A program made the position numbers and the translations under genes. From Candidatus Nanoarchaeia archaeon (GTDB lineage Archaea > Nanobdellota > Nanobdellia > Woesearchaeales > JANQNE01), in NCBI GenBank assembly GCA_028279725.1, contig JANQNE010000011.1:25872-89871 (forward strand): 64,000 nucleotides of DNA, written 5' to 3'. How positions within the stretch are numbered: position 1 is the stretch's first letter; each line of letters opens with the position of its first letter. This document shows positions 16,540 through 26,287 of the stretch, in pieces. Under the pieces are notes generated by a model. That model saw nothing but the letters and a program-made list of their open reading frames with translations, did no database searches and had not been told where the DNA came from.

Positions 16540-18120
16540 ATGGCAAAAGAGATAATCAATGATCCTTCTAGGACTTTTATGGAGTATAGATTCCTGCCAG
16601 GAGAGACTCCTCGGGATTGTACACCTGATAAGATCTCTTTAAGAACTCCACTGACAAAGTTTACTAAAGAGAGCGGTATGGAGAGTGCTAAAATCATACT
16701 TAATCTTCCTTTTATGTCTGCTGCTATGCAGTCTGTGACAGGGTCTGGACTTGCGATCGCTTTGGCCCAGAACGGTGGCATTGGTGTGCATTATTGCTCA
16801 CAGCCTGTTGAAGATGAAGCAAGAAAGGTTGCTGAAGTTAAGGGTGCTAAGGCTGGATTTGTAAAGCCAAAGACATTGTCTCCTAATGATACTGTTGAAG
16901 ATGCTTTTGAAAAAGCTGTCAAGGAAGGGTATTCGATATATCCTGTAATAGATGAGAATGGAGTATTGTTGGGTTCTGTAAATGTTAATTATCTTAAGAA
17001 CAGGATGGGAGATGAAAAGATATCTGATGTTATGAGGAAATTTATCCCGAAGGGCCTTGATGAGATAACATCTGAGATGAAAGCTAATAATGCGACAGAT
17101 GAAGAGATAATAAAGACAATAAGAGAATATATCACATTTGCTAAAGTGGGTATTGATTTAGAGGAAGCAAACAGGATCGTGGAGGAGAATAACTCTAAGT
17201 TTATCGCTATTGTCGGAGAGGATAATAAATTACATTCTTTAGTATTCAGAAAAGATATCTATAAGCATATAAGCCATCCTAAGGAGCTTATTGATGCTAA
17301 TAAGAGATATATCTGTGCAGCTGCTATCAATACACATGATTACAAAGAAAGAGTTCCTGCTTTAGTGAAAGCTGGAGTTGATATGATAGTTGTAGATTCG
17401 TCAGACGGCTATACTGAGTGGCAGAAAGAGGCTGTCCAGTTCTGCAAAGGAGAGTATCCGACAATACCTGTTATGGGAGGCAATATAATAACTGCTGAAG
17501 GATTCAGATATCTTGCAGATGCAGGTGTTGATGCTGTAAAGGTTGGAATGGGTGGCGGTTCTATATGTATAACTCAAGAACAAAAGGGGACTGGAAGAGG
17601 ACAGGCTGATGTTGTTGAAGAAGTCTGTGCTGAGAGAGATAAATATTATGAAGAAACAGGTGTTTATATTCCAATTATTTCTGATGGAGGCCATAGTTTT
17701 GCGAAAGATATGACTATGGCTTTGGCTTTTGGTGCTGATGCAATAATGTGCGGAAGGATGTTTGTTGGATGTGAGGAAAGCAATGCTCCGTTCCATCCAG
17801 AAGACAGGAAGTTCAAGCAGTATTGGGGAGAAGGACATTCAAGAGCTAAGGCCTGGAGACAGCAAAGATATGGCCAGGTAAGTTTTGATGAAGGGGTTGA
17901 TGGATTTGTTCCTTTTGTCGGAAAACTTAAGGAAAATGTTCTCGATGATATCACAAAGAAGATGATATCAACGATGGTTACGTGCGGATGCAAGAATCTG
18001 GATGAGCTTCATAAGAAAGCAAGAGTTAAGCTTATCTCTGAGCTTTCTATGAGAGAAGGCAAGCCGCATGATATCATATTACCAGAGAACATGACATATA
18101 AAGCCAGAAGGTGGGGTTGA
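16540..18120 (+). CDS. guaB: IMP dehydrogenase with CBS pair
   Basis: PFMSAAMQSVTG, VVDSSDGY, GMGGGSICITQEQKGTGRGQ (catalytic Cys loop), ISDGG. SD GAGGGGGT upstream. Confidence 0.9.
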   Translation: MAKEIINDPSRTFMEYRFLPGETPRDCTPDKISLRTPLTKFTKESGMESAKIILNLPFMSAAMQSVTGSGLAIALAQNGGIGVHYCSQPVEDEARKVAEVKGAKAGFVKPKTLSPNDTVEDAFEKAVKEGYSIYPVIDENGVLLGSVNVNYLKNRMGDEKISDVMRKFIPKGLDEITSEMKANNATDEEIIKTIREYITFAKVGIDLEEANRIVEENNSKFIAIVGEDNKLHSLVFRKDIYKHISHPKELIDANKRYICAAAINTHDYKERVPALVKAGVDMIVVDSSDGYTEWQKEAVQFCKGEYPTIPVMGGNIITAEGFRYLADAGVDAVKVGMGGGSICITQEQKGTGRGQADVVEEVCAERDKYYEETGVYIPIISDGGHSFAKDMTMALAFGADAIMCGRMFVGCEESNAPFHPEDRKFKQYWGEGHSRAKAWRQQRYGQVSFDEGVDGFVPFVGKLKENVLDDITKKMISTMVTCGCKNLDELHKKARVKLISELSMREGKPHDIILPENMTYKARRWG

Positions 18121-18124
18121 TCTT

Positions 18125-19855
18125 ATGATAACCAAAGAAGCACACCAACATATGAAGGATATCGGTGTTATTGAAGGATTAAATCGTGATATTTCTCAAG
18201 AATATGAGGTAACTTCTTTTGATGAGGCCTTGCTTCCTCTGATAGACAAGAATGATGTTTTGGTTGTAGCAGGCGGTTTTTTTGGTGATGAAGGGAAGGG
18301 AAAGATAACAGATGCTGTTGCTAATCACTCAAAGATCAAACTGATAATGAGATCAAATTCAGGAGAAAATGCAGGCCATACAGTCTATCATGATGGAGTA
18401 AAATATGTTTTCCATGTAGTTCCTTCAGGAATATTAGTTCCAGGCAAGTTAAATCTTATCGGTTCTGAGTGTGTTGTGGATCCTGTAAATCTTATGGGGG
18501 AGCTTTCCCAGCTTACTGAAAGAAATATAGATTACTCTGAAAAACTTTTTATAGCAAATCCACATATTGTCGCTCCATATCATAAGCTGATGGATCTTAT
18601 CCAGACTGCTTCAAATTCCTCCACATTAAGAGGCATATCTCCTATACATGCTTCAAAGGCGAAGAAAAGAGGGTTGAGGCTTGATGACATATACATGCCG
18701 GAAGAACATCAGAAGAAGATCATTGAGAAAGATATGGGAGATTATATCGGATTGATGGAAGTATTGGGAAAAAATCAAGAACAACTGCTGAAGTTTTGTG
18801 AAGAAGTGAATTCTGATGATAATGTTGTCATTCCGGAGCATGTAGTTGGTTTTCTTAAAGCAGATGATAAAGTAAGATATATTGTTGATCTTTTCAGAAA
18901 GACTGTTGTAGAAAATAAGCTCTTTCCTGAAAGGACGAAGAATATGGATCTAGTTGACGATACTTTGGAGAAGGGAGATAAGATGCTTGTTGAAGCAGCA
19001 CAAAGTTTTTTTCTTTCAAATAAGATAAAGACTCATTTCAGATCTGCTACTTCAGCTGATACAAGCGCAAGCGGGACTATCTCTGCAGCTAATTATAATA
19101 TTGCCAAATACAATACAGCAGTCATAAATGTAATCAAATTTGTATCTTCAAGAGTTGGCAGAGGAGAGAATCCTGTCGGTTTTGTGCCGCAGACCTTCTT
19201 TTCAGATCAGGGGATAACCACGTTAAATGAACTGAAAGGTGTGTGTGAAGATTTTGATGAGATACAAAAGCAGTTTATGGATTCTGTTGGAGAGAACGGA
19301 ATCTTGGATCCTACAACCTACAAAGATAAGGATGGAAAAGAGTATCCTATAGTTGTTGCTATGGCTATCGCTTCTTCAAAACACTATGGGGAAAGAGGAG
19401 CTACTACTAAAAAACCAAGGATTACTGGATTTATAGATTGTGTTGCTCATCACCTTGTCAATAAGAAGCAAGGTCCATATCTTTCTATATCTGCTATGGA
19501 TAGAGGAGATGACCTTGATAAAGTGGGATTGGTTATCGCTTATGTTATCTATGTTCCAGAAGGGAAGAGTAATCCTGAGTCTGAAGGAAAAGAATATAAG
19601 ACAGGAGATTTGATAAAAACAGGAGATCCTATGCCTAATGAACAGGTCTTGAAGTATGCTATCCCTATAATAAAAGTTATGAATGGGTGGAAGGACAGCC
19701 CTATTGCTGTTGATAAAAGAAGTGTGGATGACCCATTACCTAAATCAGTCCAGGATTATATTGCTGCATTAGAGCATTTTACTGGAGCTGAAGTTATATC
19801 TATTGGGAATGGAGCTGACACAAAGAACCTGATATACTTGAAAAAGAAAGCTTAA
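18125..19855 (+). CDS. purA: adenylosuccinate synthetase family protein, long and divergent (576 aa)
   Basis: GDEGKGKITD, GENAGHT, GATTKKPRITGFID and MNGWKD align to AdSS motifs. The GTYPxVTSS and TTGRxRR blocks are substituted and large insertions are present. Confidence 0.65.
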   Translation: MITKEAHQHMKDIGVIEGLNRDISQEYEVTSFDEALLPLIDKNDVLVVAGGFFGDEGKGKITDAVANHSKIKLIMRSNSGENAGHTVYHDGVKYVFHVVPSGILVPGKLNLIGSECVVDPVNLMGELSQLTERNIDYSEKLFIANPHIVAPYHKLMDLIQTASNSSTLRGISPIHASKAKKRGLRLDDIYMPEEHQKKIIEKDMGDYIGLMEVLGKNQEQLLKFCEEVNSDDNVVIPEHVVGFLKADDKVRYIVDLFRKTVVENKLFPERTKNMDLVDDTLEKGDKMLVEAAQSFFLSNKIKTHFRSATSADTSASGTISAANYNIAKYNTAVINVIKFVSSRVGRGENPVGFVPQTFFSDQGITTLNELKGVCEDFDEIQKQFMDSVGENGILDPTTYKDKDGKEYPIVVAMAIASSKHYGERGATTKKPRITGFIDCVAHHLVNKKQGPYLSISAMDRGDDLDKVGLVIAYVIYVPEGKSNPESEGKEYKTGDLIKTGDPMPNEQVLKYAIPIIKVMNGWKDSPIAVDKRSVDDPLPKSVQDYIAALEHFTGAEVISIGNGADTKNLIYLKKKA

Positions 19856-19865
19856 TGGTGAAAAG

Positions 19866-21701
19866 ATGAGTGCTGAAAAGATCCTTGTTTTAGATTTTGG
19901 AGGACAGTACACTCAGCTTATTGCCAAGATTGTGAGGCAGTGCAATGTTTTTTCTGAGATAAAGCCTCATGATTATCATTCTGAAGATATTGTAGGAGAT
20001 AATCCTAAAGGAATTATCTTATCTGGTGGGCCTGACAGTGTTTATGGTGATGGAGCTCCACAAATTGATAGGGAAATTCTTGAGTTAGGTATTCCTGTGC
20101 TAGGAATATGCTATGGCATGCAATTGATCAACTATACTCTGGGTGGTGGGATGATAAGAGGTGGAGATTCTATCAAAGAGTATGGGGAAAGTAGTGTGAT
20201 GGTGGAGAATGAGCATGATCTTTATTCTGGACTTAAAGAAAAGATAACTACCTGGATGAGCCATGGAGACAGTGTTGACGGAGGAGATCTTGCAAAAGGT
20301 TTTAGAGTTATAGGAAGGACTGACAATCATGTAGCTTCTATAGCGAATGATGATAAGAAGATTTATGGTGTACAGTTCCATCCTGAAGTTACTCATACTG
20401 TAAATGGAAAGGATATTGTCTCTAATTTTGTTCATAATATCTGCGGCTGTGGTGATGACTGGAATATGGGGAACTATATCGAGCAGTGCAAGAAATATGT
20501 CCAGAAAACAGTGGGGAAGAATGATGTAATCAATTTTGTAAGTGGTGGAGTTGATTCTACTTTTGTTGCTGCTGTTCTTTCTAAGACTGAGAACATCGGG
20601 AATGTGTATAATGTTTATATCGGAGCTTTGATGAGAAAGAATGAGAATAAAGAAGTTGTTAAAAGTATGGAGAAGGCTGGTGTGAAGAATCTTATTTTTA
20701 AAGAGTGTGAAGACAGGTTTATAGAAGCTGTCAGTAAGATGAGCGATCCTGAAGAGAAAAGGAAAGCTATAGGTGATCTTTTTGGGAAGATAATGCAGGA
20801 AGTGTGTGAAGAACTGAAATTAGATGCTGATAAGACTTTCTTAGGACAGGGGACATTGTATACAGATCAGATAGAAAGTGGCAAAGGTGTTGGTGATAAG
20901 GCTGATAATATCAAGTCTCATCATAATGTGGGATGTCCTTTTATAGAAGATATGAAGAAAAAGGGAAGGCTAGTTGAGCCGAATAATATGATATTCAAGG
21001 ATGAAGTTAGGAAGGCAGCAAAAGAGATAGGATTGCCTGAGTCGATATATGCAAGACAGCCATTTCCTGGTCCTGGAATAGGAATAAGGATTGTTGATGG
21101 TGTTGAGAATGTTGATCTGAGTGAAGTTAATGATAAAGTTAATGAAATTGCTAAGCAAGAGGGGTTGATCGGAGGAGTTGTTCCTGTGAAGACTGTTGGT
21201 GTACAGGGAGATGGAAGAACCTATACTTATCTTGCTGTCTTGAGGGGGGAGAGAAACTGGGATAAGATAAGGAAAGCTGCTAAAAGAATACCTCAGGAAG
21301 TAAGAGAAGTTAACAGGATTGTCTATGACCTGGGTAAGGAAGGAGATATTGATTTCAAAAGTACAGTTTCTACTAAAGTTAGCAGAGAGACTGTCGATCT
21401 GCTTAAGGATGTTGATCTTGAAGGAAGAAAGATAATTGATGAAAATGGTTTTAAGGATATAAGCCAGACAATATTTGTGTTGTTTGGATCTGACATGAAT
21501 AGTAAAGGGAAAAGAAGTGTTGCGTTGAGGGCTGTATCAACAGATGATTTTATGACAGTCAGACCAGTAAAAGTGGGTGATGGGTTCTTATCATGGGAAT
21601 GTCTTCAGCAGATCCATGATGTTCTATTGGATAAGTATAATGTCGGAGCGTTTGTCTATGATGTTACAGACAAGCCTCCTGCAACAACATGCTGGGAGTG
21701 A
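19866..21701 (+). CDS. guaA: GMP synthase (glutamine-hydrolysing), single fused polypeptide, 611 aa
   Basis: GATase LGICYGMQ and VQFHPEV. PP-loop FVSGGVDST. C-terminal PPATTCWE, matching the canonical PPATIEWE end. Confidence 0.9.
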   Translation: MSAEKILVLDFGGQYTQLIAKIVRQCNVFSEIKPHDYHSEDIVGDNPKGIILSGGPDSVYGDGAPQIDREILELGIPVLGICYGMQLINYTLGGGMIRGGDSIKEYGESSVMVENEHDLYSGLKEKITTWMSHGDSVDGGDLAKGFRVIGRTDNHVASIANDDKKIYGVQFHPEVTHTVNGKDIVSNFVHNICGCGDDWNMGNYIEQCKKYVQKTVGKNDVINFVSGGVDSTFVAAVLSKTENIGNVYNVYIGALMRKNENKEVVKSMEKAGVKNLIFKECEDRFIEAVSKMSDPEEKRKAIGDLFGKIMQEVCEELKLDADKTFLGQGTLYTDQIESGKGVGDKADNIKSHHNVGCPFIEDMKKKGRLVEPNNMIFKDEVRKAAKEIGLPESIYARQPFPGPGIGIRIVDGVENVDLSEVNDKVNEIAKQEGLIGGVVPVKTVGVQGDGRTYTYLAVLRGERNWDKIRKAAKRIPQEVREVNRIVYDLGKEGDIDFKSTVSTKVSRETVDLLKDVDLEGRKIIDENGFKDISQTIFVLFGSDMNSKGKRSVALRAVSTDDFMTVRPVKVGDGFLSWECLQQIHDVLLDKYNVGAFVYDVTDKPPATTCWE

Positions 21702-21703
21702 AA

Positions 21704-22183
21704 ATGGGAAAGAAAAAACTAGAATCTATGGTTAAGAGTAGTGTTAAGTATCTGATAGAAGGGGCAGTCTTGGCTGCGAAAGAAAGATATGACGGTGCGT
21801 TAGAACATAGGGCAGCTGAATATGCTGTTGAGAGAGAAGGAAAGCTGACAAAGGACCAATATGAATTCTTATTTCATTGCATACATTGGTTTCTATATTC
21901 AAGCCCTGGAGAATATGGACAAAAGAAGAGGCTTGATCGTACAGATGCAAGGAGAAGTGGTGATAAGCAGTATTGGAAATTGTTGAATCCACGTGAGTTC
22001 TTCAATAATGGCGATGGTCCTAGGAAGGATTTTGATAGGACAATGAACAGATTAGCTGAATGTGCGTATAGGCAGGAGAAAGACTGGTTTGACGGAAGAT
22101 ATGCCAGTTATATGGATAAAGGCGGAGAAATCAACAGAACAGAAAGAGTTAAATTGTTAAAATCACTCGATATCAAAGAGTAG
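21704..22183 (+). CDS. hypothetical protein embedded in the purine cluster
   Basis: Start moved to MGKKKLES, which has SD GGGAGTGA and follows the guaA stop by 2 nt. No recognisable motif. Its 3' end overlaps the convergent purM by 21 nt. Confidence 0.5.
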   Translation: MGKKKLESMVKSSVKYLIEGAVLAAKERYDGALEHRAAEYAVEREGKLTKDQYEFLFHCIHWFLYSSPGEYGQKKRLDRTDARRSGDKQYWKLLNPREFFNNGDGPRKDFDRTMNRLAECAYRQEKDWFDGRYASYMDKGGEINRTERVKLLKSLDIKE

Positions 22184-23281
22184 ATCTTCTTTATCTTTTC
22201 CTTTACTTTTTATTTTTATTTTGTTTTCTTCGATGACTTTGCCTGCAATCTGGGCTTTTATGTTGAACTTTGCTGCTTCCTGGATAACTTTTTCTGGCTC
22301 TGGTGTTATTATTGCTAAGCCTTGGCCCATGTTCCATGTCCTGTATGCTTCTTTGTCTGCTATGTTTCCTAGTTCCTGGCAATATTGCATAGCTTTGCAT
22401 GGTTCGAAAAGATTGTCTAGTTCAGCTCCATAACCTGATGGTTTTAGGACTCTGCCAAGTTTTCCTGGCAATCCGCCTCCTGTGATATGAGAGACACCAT
22501 GGATCTTACAGCATCCTTCTGTCTTGAAACCACCATGCATATGAATAACAGCTTTTGAATATATTGTTGAAGGTATGAGGACTAAATTTCCTAATTTTTC
22601 TCCTTCAAATTCAAAATTGTGCCATTCTGGACCATGTTTTTGTTCAAAAACCTTTCTTGTAAGAGATAATCCGTTTGATCTGAAGCCTTTTTCTTCAAGA
22701 ACAACAACAGAATCTCCTAGCTGAACTTCTTTTCCTGTGAAAAGCTTGTTTTTGTTTGCAAACCATGCTATGCTGGAGCACCAATTGTACTTGAACTTTC
22801 CATAACCACCAACACCATCTCCAAGTTCAGCTAATTCTCCGTTGATTACTGCAACATTTGCTGCATCAGCAGCTTTTACATAGCCTTCTGCAAGTTGTTT
22901 TAGCTGTTCTATGTGTGATTCGTTTTCTTTTCCTAAAGAATTAACGTCAAGAACACTTCCGATAAGGACTGGTTCTGCTCCTCTTACTATTGCATCATCA
23001 CAGACCATTGCAAAAAGATCAAAGGCTATTGTCTTATGGTTGTTCATCCTCTGTGCAATCTCTACTTTTGTTCCGACTCCGTCAAAACCTATGCACATAA
23101 GGCTTCCTTCAGGAAGATTTCCGATGTTAATGGCTCTGACTCCTGAGAAATCATCAAATGGAACGATGATCTCTCCGATATTGCCTTTTCTGTTATCAAA
23201 GGTAAGCTTTGCAGCTTTGTACAATATCTTTGATGCATCATCTCCAAGTTCGATGTTAACTCCTGAGTCTTTATAGTCCAT
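22163..23281 (-). CDS. purM: phosphoribosylformylglycinamidine cyclo-ligase (AIR synthetase)
   Basis: DYKDSGVNIELGD, GFDGVGTKVEIA and HITGGG match the PurM pattern. Confidence 0.9.
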   Translation of the reverse strand: MDYKDSGVNIELGDDASKILYKAAKLTFDNRKGNIGEIIVPFDDFSGVRAINIGNLPEGSLMCIGFDGVGTKVEIAQRMNNHKTIAFDLFAMVCDDAIVRGAEPVLIGSVLDVNSLGKENESHIEQLKQLAEGYVKAADAANVAVINGELAELGDGVGGYGKFKYNWCSSIAWFANKNKLFTGKEVQLGDSVVVLEEKGFRSNGLSLTRKVFEQKHGPEWHNFEFEGEKLGNLVLIPSTIYSKAVIHMHGGFKTEGCCKIHGVSHITGGGLPGKLGRVLKPSGYGAELDNLFEPCKAMQYCQELGNIADKEAYRTWNMGQGLAIITPEPEKVIQEAAKFNIKAQIAGKVIEENKIKIKSKGKDKEDLLFDIE

Positions 23282-23282
23282 A

Positions 23283-24782
23283 TTAACCTCTGTCAGCTTT
23301 CTCCAGCTTTTCTATCTTTTCTTTGTTTTTCTTTTTTATCGCTTTCTGGATCTTCTCATTTGAGAGTCCTAAGATCTGTGCTGCATGTCTTGCTGCATTA
23401 GCAGGTCTTAAGATCAATGAGTTAGAGCTTCCTGGTGGATTCTCTAAGCAAGAAAAGCAATCATCTGCATCAGGAGGACAGCTGATCACTGGGTGAACGC
23501 TGTGGAATGATACAACTCCTGAAAGAGCATCTGTTCCTCCTGCAACAGAGATAAATACAACTGGTTCTTCAGACTGGTTGTATTTGTTTATGATCTCTTC
23601 ACATCTTCTTGGTTGTTTGTGTGCTGAGCAGATTCTTATGACTGATGCCAGTCCGTATTTGTTCAACTCTTCCTGGATCTTTTTCAGATGAGGCATGTCA
23701 CTGTCTGATCCTGCTATGATAACTACTAAGCCACCTTTGATGTATCCTTCTTTTCTTAGCTTTTGGATCATATCTGTGCTTACATCTGACTGAGGGAAAT
23801 TGAACTTATTTCCTGTCAGGCTTTCATATAAACTGATATATCTGTAAGCAACTTCTATTACATCTTTGTCTTCAAGTTCTGGCGGCTTTTCTGTTGATCC
23901 GTAAGCACCATATCCTTTTTCAACAAGAACATCTCTAACGAACTGTTTTGACAGCTCTTTTATCTTTAGCTGTGGTTTTTTCTTAAGAAGTTCTGTTACA
24001 TCTTTGTATCTTCCTGTATCCATCTCTTTCTTTATTCCTGTGTATTTGTTGTATTCTTCTATTGTACAGTATCTTGATGAATCTGGTGTGTTTGCTTCGT
24101 CAATCAGGTTGATCTTTCCTTTTTCGTCGATACCAAACTCATACTTTGTGTCAATGAAGATAAATCCTTTCTGTTCTGCCAGTTTTGATGCACGCTTAAA
24201 TAGTCTTATTGAGATATCTCTGAGCTGTGTTGCCAGTTTTTTTCCAAGCTTATCTGCCATGTATTCAAAGCTTACATTAACATCATGATCTCCATCTTCT
24301 GCTTTTGTAGCTGGAGTAAATAATGGTTCTCTAAGCTTTTGGTATCTTAGCAATGAATCTGAAAGCTTTATTCCGCAGAACTCTCTTTTTCCATCTTCGT
24401 AGTCTGCAGCCATGCTTCCCCAAACATATCCTCTTACAACGAATTCGAATGCAATCTTATTCATCTTTTTCTGGACAATAACATTTCCATGAGGGCTTCT
24501 TATGACAGCGTTTGGAACAATATCTGTTGTGTTGTCAAATGCCCATTGTGCGAAGAGGTTTAATGTTAATCCTTTGAAAGGGATCTGCCTGCTAAGTACA
24601 TGGTCAAAGCAAGATATCCTATCTGATGCCACCATCACTATAGGTTTTCCAACTTTTGGTGATGTAAAATGTACTTCTCTTACTTTTCCTGATTTATGTG
24701 TTCCAAGTTCTGGGATGTATCCTGAGAACAGGGTATTGTCTAAGTTTTCTTTGATTATTTTTTTGTATTTTTGTTCTTCCAT
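23283..24782 (-). CDS. purC-purE: bifunctional SAICAR synthetase (N) + class II-like AIR carboxylase PurE (C), PAICS-like order
   Basis: N: GKVREVH...VASDRISCFD...IPFKG. C: IIAGSDSDMPH, CSAHKQP, VAGGTDALSGVV...HPVISCPP, AAQILGLSN (animal PAICS-like strings). Confidence 0.85.
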   Translation of the reverse strand: MEEQKYKKIIKENLDNTLFSGYIPELGTHKSGKVREVHFTSPKVGKPIVMVASDRISCFDHVLSRQIPFKGLTLNLFAQWAFDNTTDIVPNAVIRSPHGNVIVQKKMNKIAFEFVVRGYVWGSMAADYEDGKREFCGIKLSDSLLRYQKLREPLFTPATKAEDGDHDVNVSFEYMADKLGKKLATQLRDISIRLFKRASKLAEQKGFIFIDTKYEFGIDEKGKINLIDEANTPDSSRYCTIEEYNKYTGIKKEMDTGRYKDVTELLKKKPQLKIKELSKQFVRDVLVEKGYGAYGSTEKPPELEDKDVIEVAYRYISLYESLTGNKFNFPQSDVSTDMIQKLRKEGYIKGGLVVIIAGSDSDMPHLKKIQEELNKYGLASVIRICSAHKQPRRCEEIINKYNQSEEPVVFISVAGGTDALSGVVSFHSVHPVISCPPDADDCFSCLENPPGSSNSLILRPANAARHAAQILGLSNEKIQKAIKKKNKEKIEKLEKADRG

Positions 24783-24806
24783 TTTTTCCTCCCCTATCCC
24801 TCTTTT

Positions 24807-25421
24807 TTATTTTTTGACTATAACTTTTCTTCCTTCAACCTTTATCTTTCCTTCTCCAAAAAGCTGTATAGCTTTAGGGTAAAGCTCTTTTTCTAATGTC
24901 TGGACCTTTTCTTTCAATGAATCTACTGTCTCGTCGTTCTCTATGTCTACTGTTCCCTGCATTATTATAGGTCCTGTGTCCATTCCTTCGTCAACAAAGT
25001 GGATTGTGCATCCGCTGACCTTACATCCATAGTTAAGGATGTCTTCATGTACTGACCTGTCCATTCCTGGGAATGAAGGCAGTAGTGAAGGATGAATGTT
25101 CATTATCCTGTCTTTATATTTGTTTGCAAACCATGGGCTAAAAAGACGCATATAGCCTACAAGGACTAAAAGTTCTACTTCTTCCTGGTCTAAGATCTCT
25201 GCAACTCTTTTGTCGTAGCTTTCTCTTGTGTCTTCATCTTTTTTGTACAATTCTATTCTTGTCTTGAATCCCTGGTTTTGTGCTCTTTCGATAGCATAGC
25301 ATTCTTTGTTTGCTAGGACAATCTTTAATTCTGCATCAAGCTCTTTGTTCTTTATAGCATCCATTATAGCCTGAAGATCTGTTCCGTTTGTTGATGCCAT
25401 TACAGCTATTTTTATCGTCAT
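24807..25421 (-). CDS. purN: phosphoribosylglycinamide formyltransferase (folate-dependent)
   Basis: [53 protein letters not shown]. Confidence 0.9.
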   Translation of the reverse strand: MTIKIAVMASTNGTDLQAIMDAIKNKELDAELKIVLANKECYAIERAQNQGFKTRIELYKKDEDTRESYDKRVAEILDQEEVELLVLVGYMRLFSPWFANKYKDRIMNIHPSLLPSFPGMDRSVHEDILNYGCKVSGCTIHFVDEGMDTGPIIMQGTVDIENDETVDSLKEKVQTLEKELYPKAIQLFGEGKIKVEGRKVIVKK

Positions 25422-26287
25422 TTTAGATTATTTTGCATCTTGTATGCAGTTAATGTGTTTTCTAGTAATGATGCTATTGTCATAGGGCCAACTCCACCTG
25501 GAACAGGTGTTATGTGTGAGCATTTGCCTTTTACGTTTTCAAAGTCAACATCGCCTTCAAGATGATATCCTTTTTCTGAGTCATCATCAACTCTGTTAAC
25601 TCCTACATCAATTACTACTGCTCCTTCTTTTACCATATCTGCTGTTACTAGTTTTGGTCTTCCTACTGCTGCAACTAATATATCTGCTGTCTTGCAGATC
25701 TCTGCCATATTTTGTGTTCTTGAATGGCAGATGGTTACTGTTGCGTTTTTTTGGAGTAGTAATGTCGATACTGGTTTTCCTACGATATTGCTTCTTCCTA
25801 TCACAACAGCATGTTTTCCGCTTATGTCTGTTCCAGTTGATTCTATAAGTGTTATTATCCCTTTTGGTGTGCATGAGACAAGGCTATTGTTTCCTGTGAA
25901 TAGATTTCCCATATTTACAGGATGAAATCCATCAACATCTTTCTCTGGGATTATTGTGTTTATGACTTTAGTGTCTGAGATCTGTTTTGGAACAGGCATC
26001 TGGACTAAAATTCCATTGACTGTTTCGTCGTTGTTAAGCTTTTCTATGAGTTTTAGCAGCTCTTCTTCTGGAATGTCTTTATCTAATTCATATTTGAATG
26101 ACTGAATGCCTACTTCTCTGCATTTCACTTCTTTCATGTTGACATATACTTTTGAAGCTGGATTTTCCCCTACTAAAACAACTGCTAATCCTGGCTTTTT
26201 TTCCAGTTGTGAAACTTCTTCTTTGATCTTTTCTCTTATCTCAGCTGAGATCTTGTTTCCGTCTATCAATTCCATTTTATCTATCAC
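25418..26287 (-). CDS. folD: bifunctional methylenetetrahydrofolate dehydrogenase/methenyl-THF cyclohydrolase
   Basis: [42 protein letters not shown]. Confidence 0.9.
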   Translation of the reverse strand: MIDKMELIDGNKISAEIREKIKEEVSQLEKKPGLAVVLVGENPASKVYVNMKEVKCREVGIQSFKYELDKDIPEEELLKLIEKLNNDETVNGILVQMPVPKQISDTKVINTIIPEKDVDGFHPVNMGNLFTGNNSLVSCTPKGIITLIESTGTDISGKHAVVIGRSNIVGKPVSTLLLQKNATVTICHSRTQNMAEICKTADILVAAVGRPKLVTADMVKEGAVVIDVGVNRVDDDSEKGYHLEGDVDFENVKGKCSHITPVPGGVGPMTIASLLENTLTAYKMQNNLK

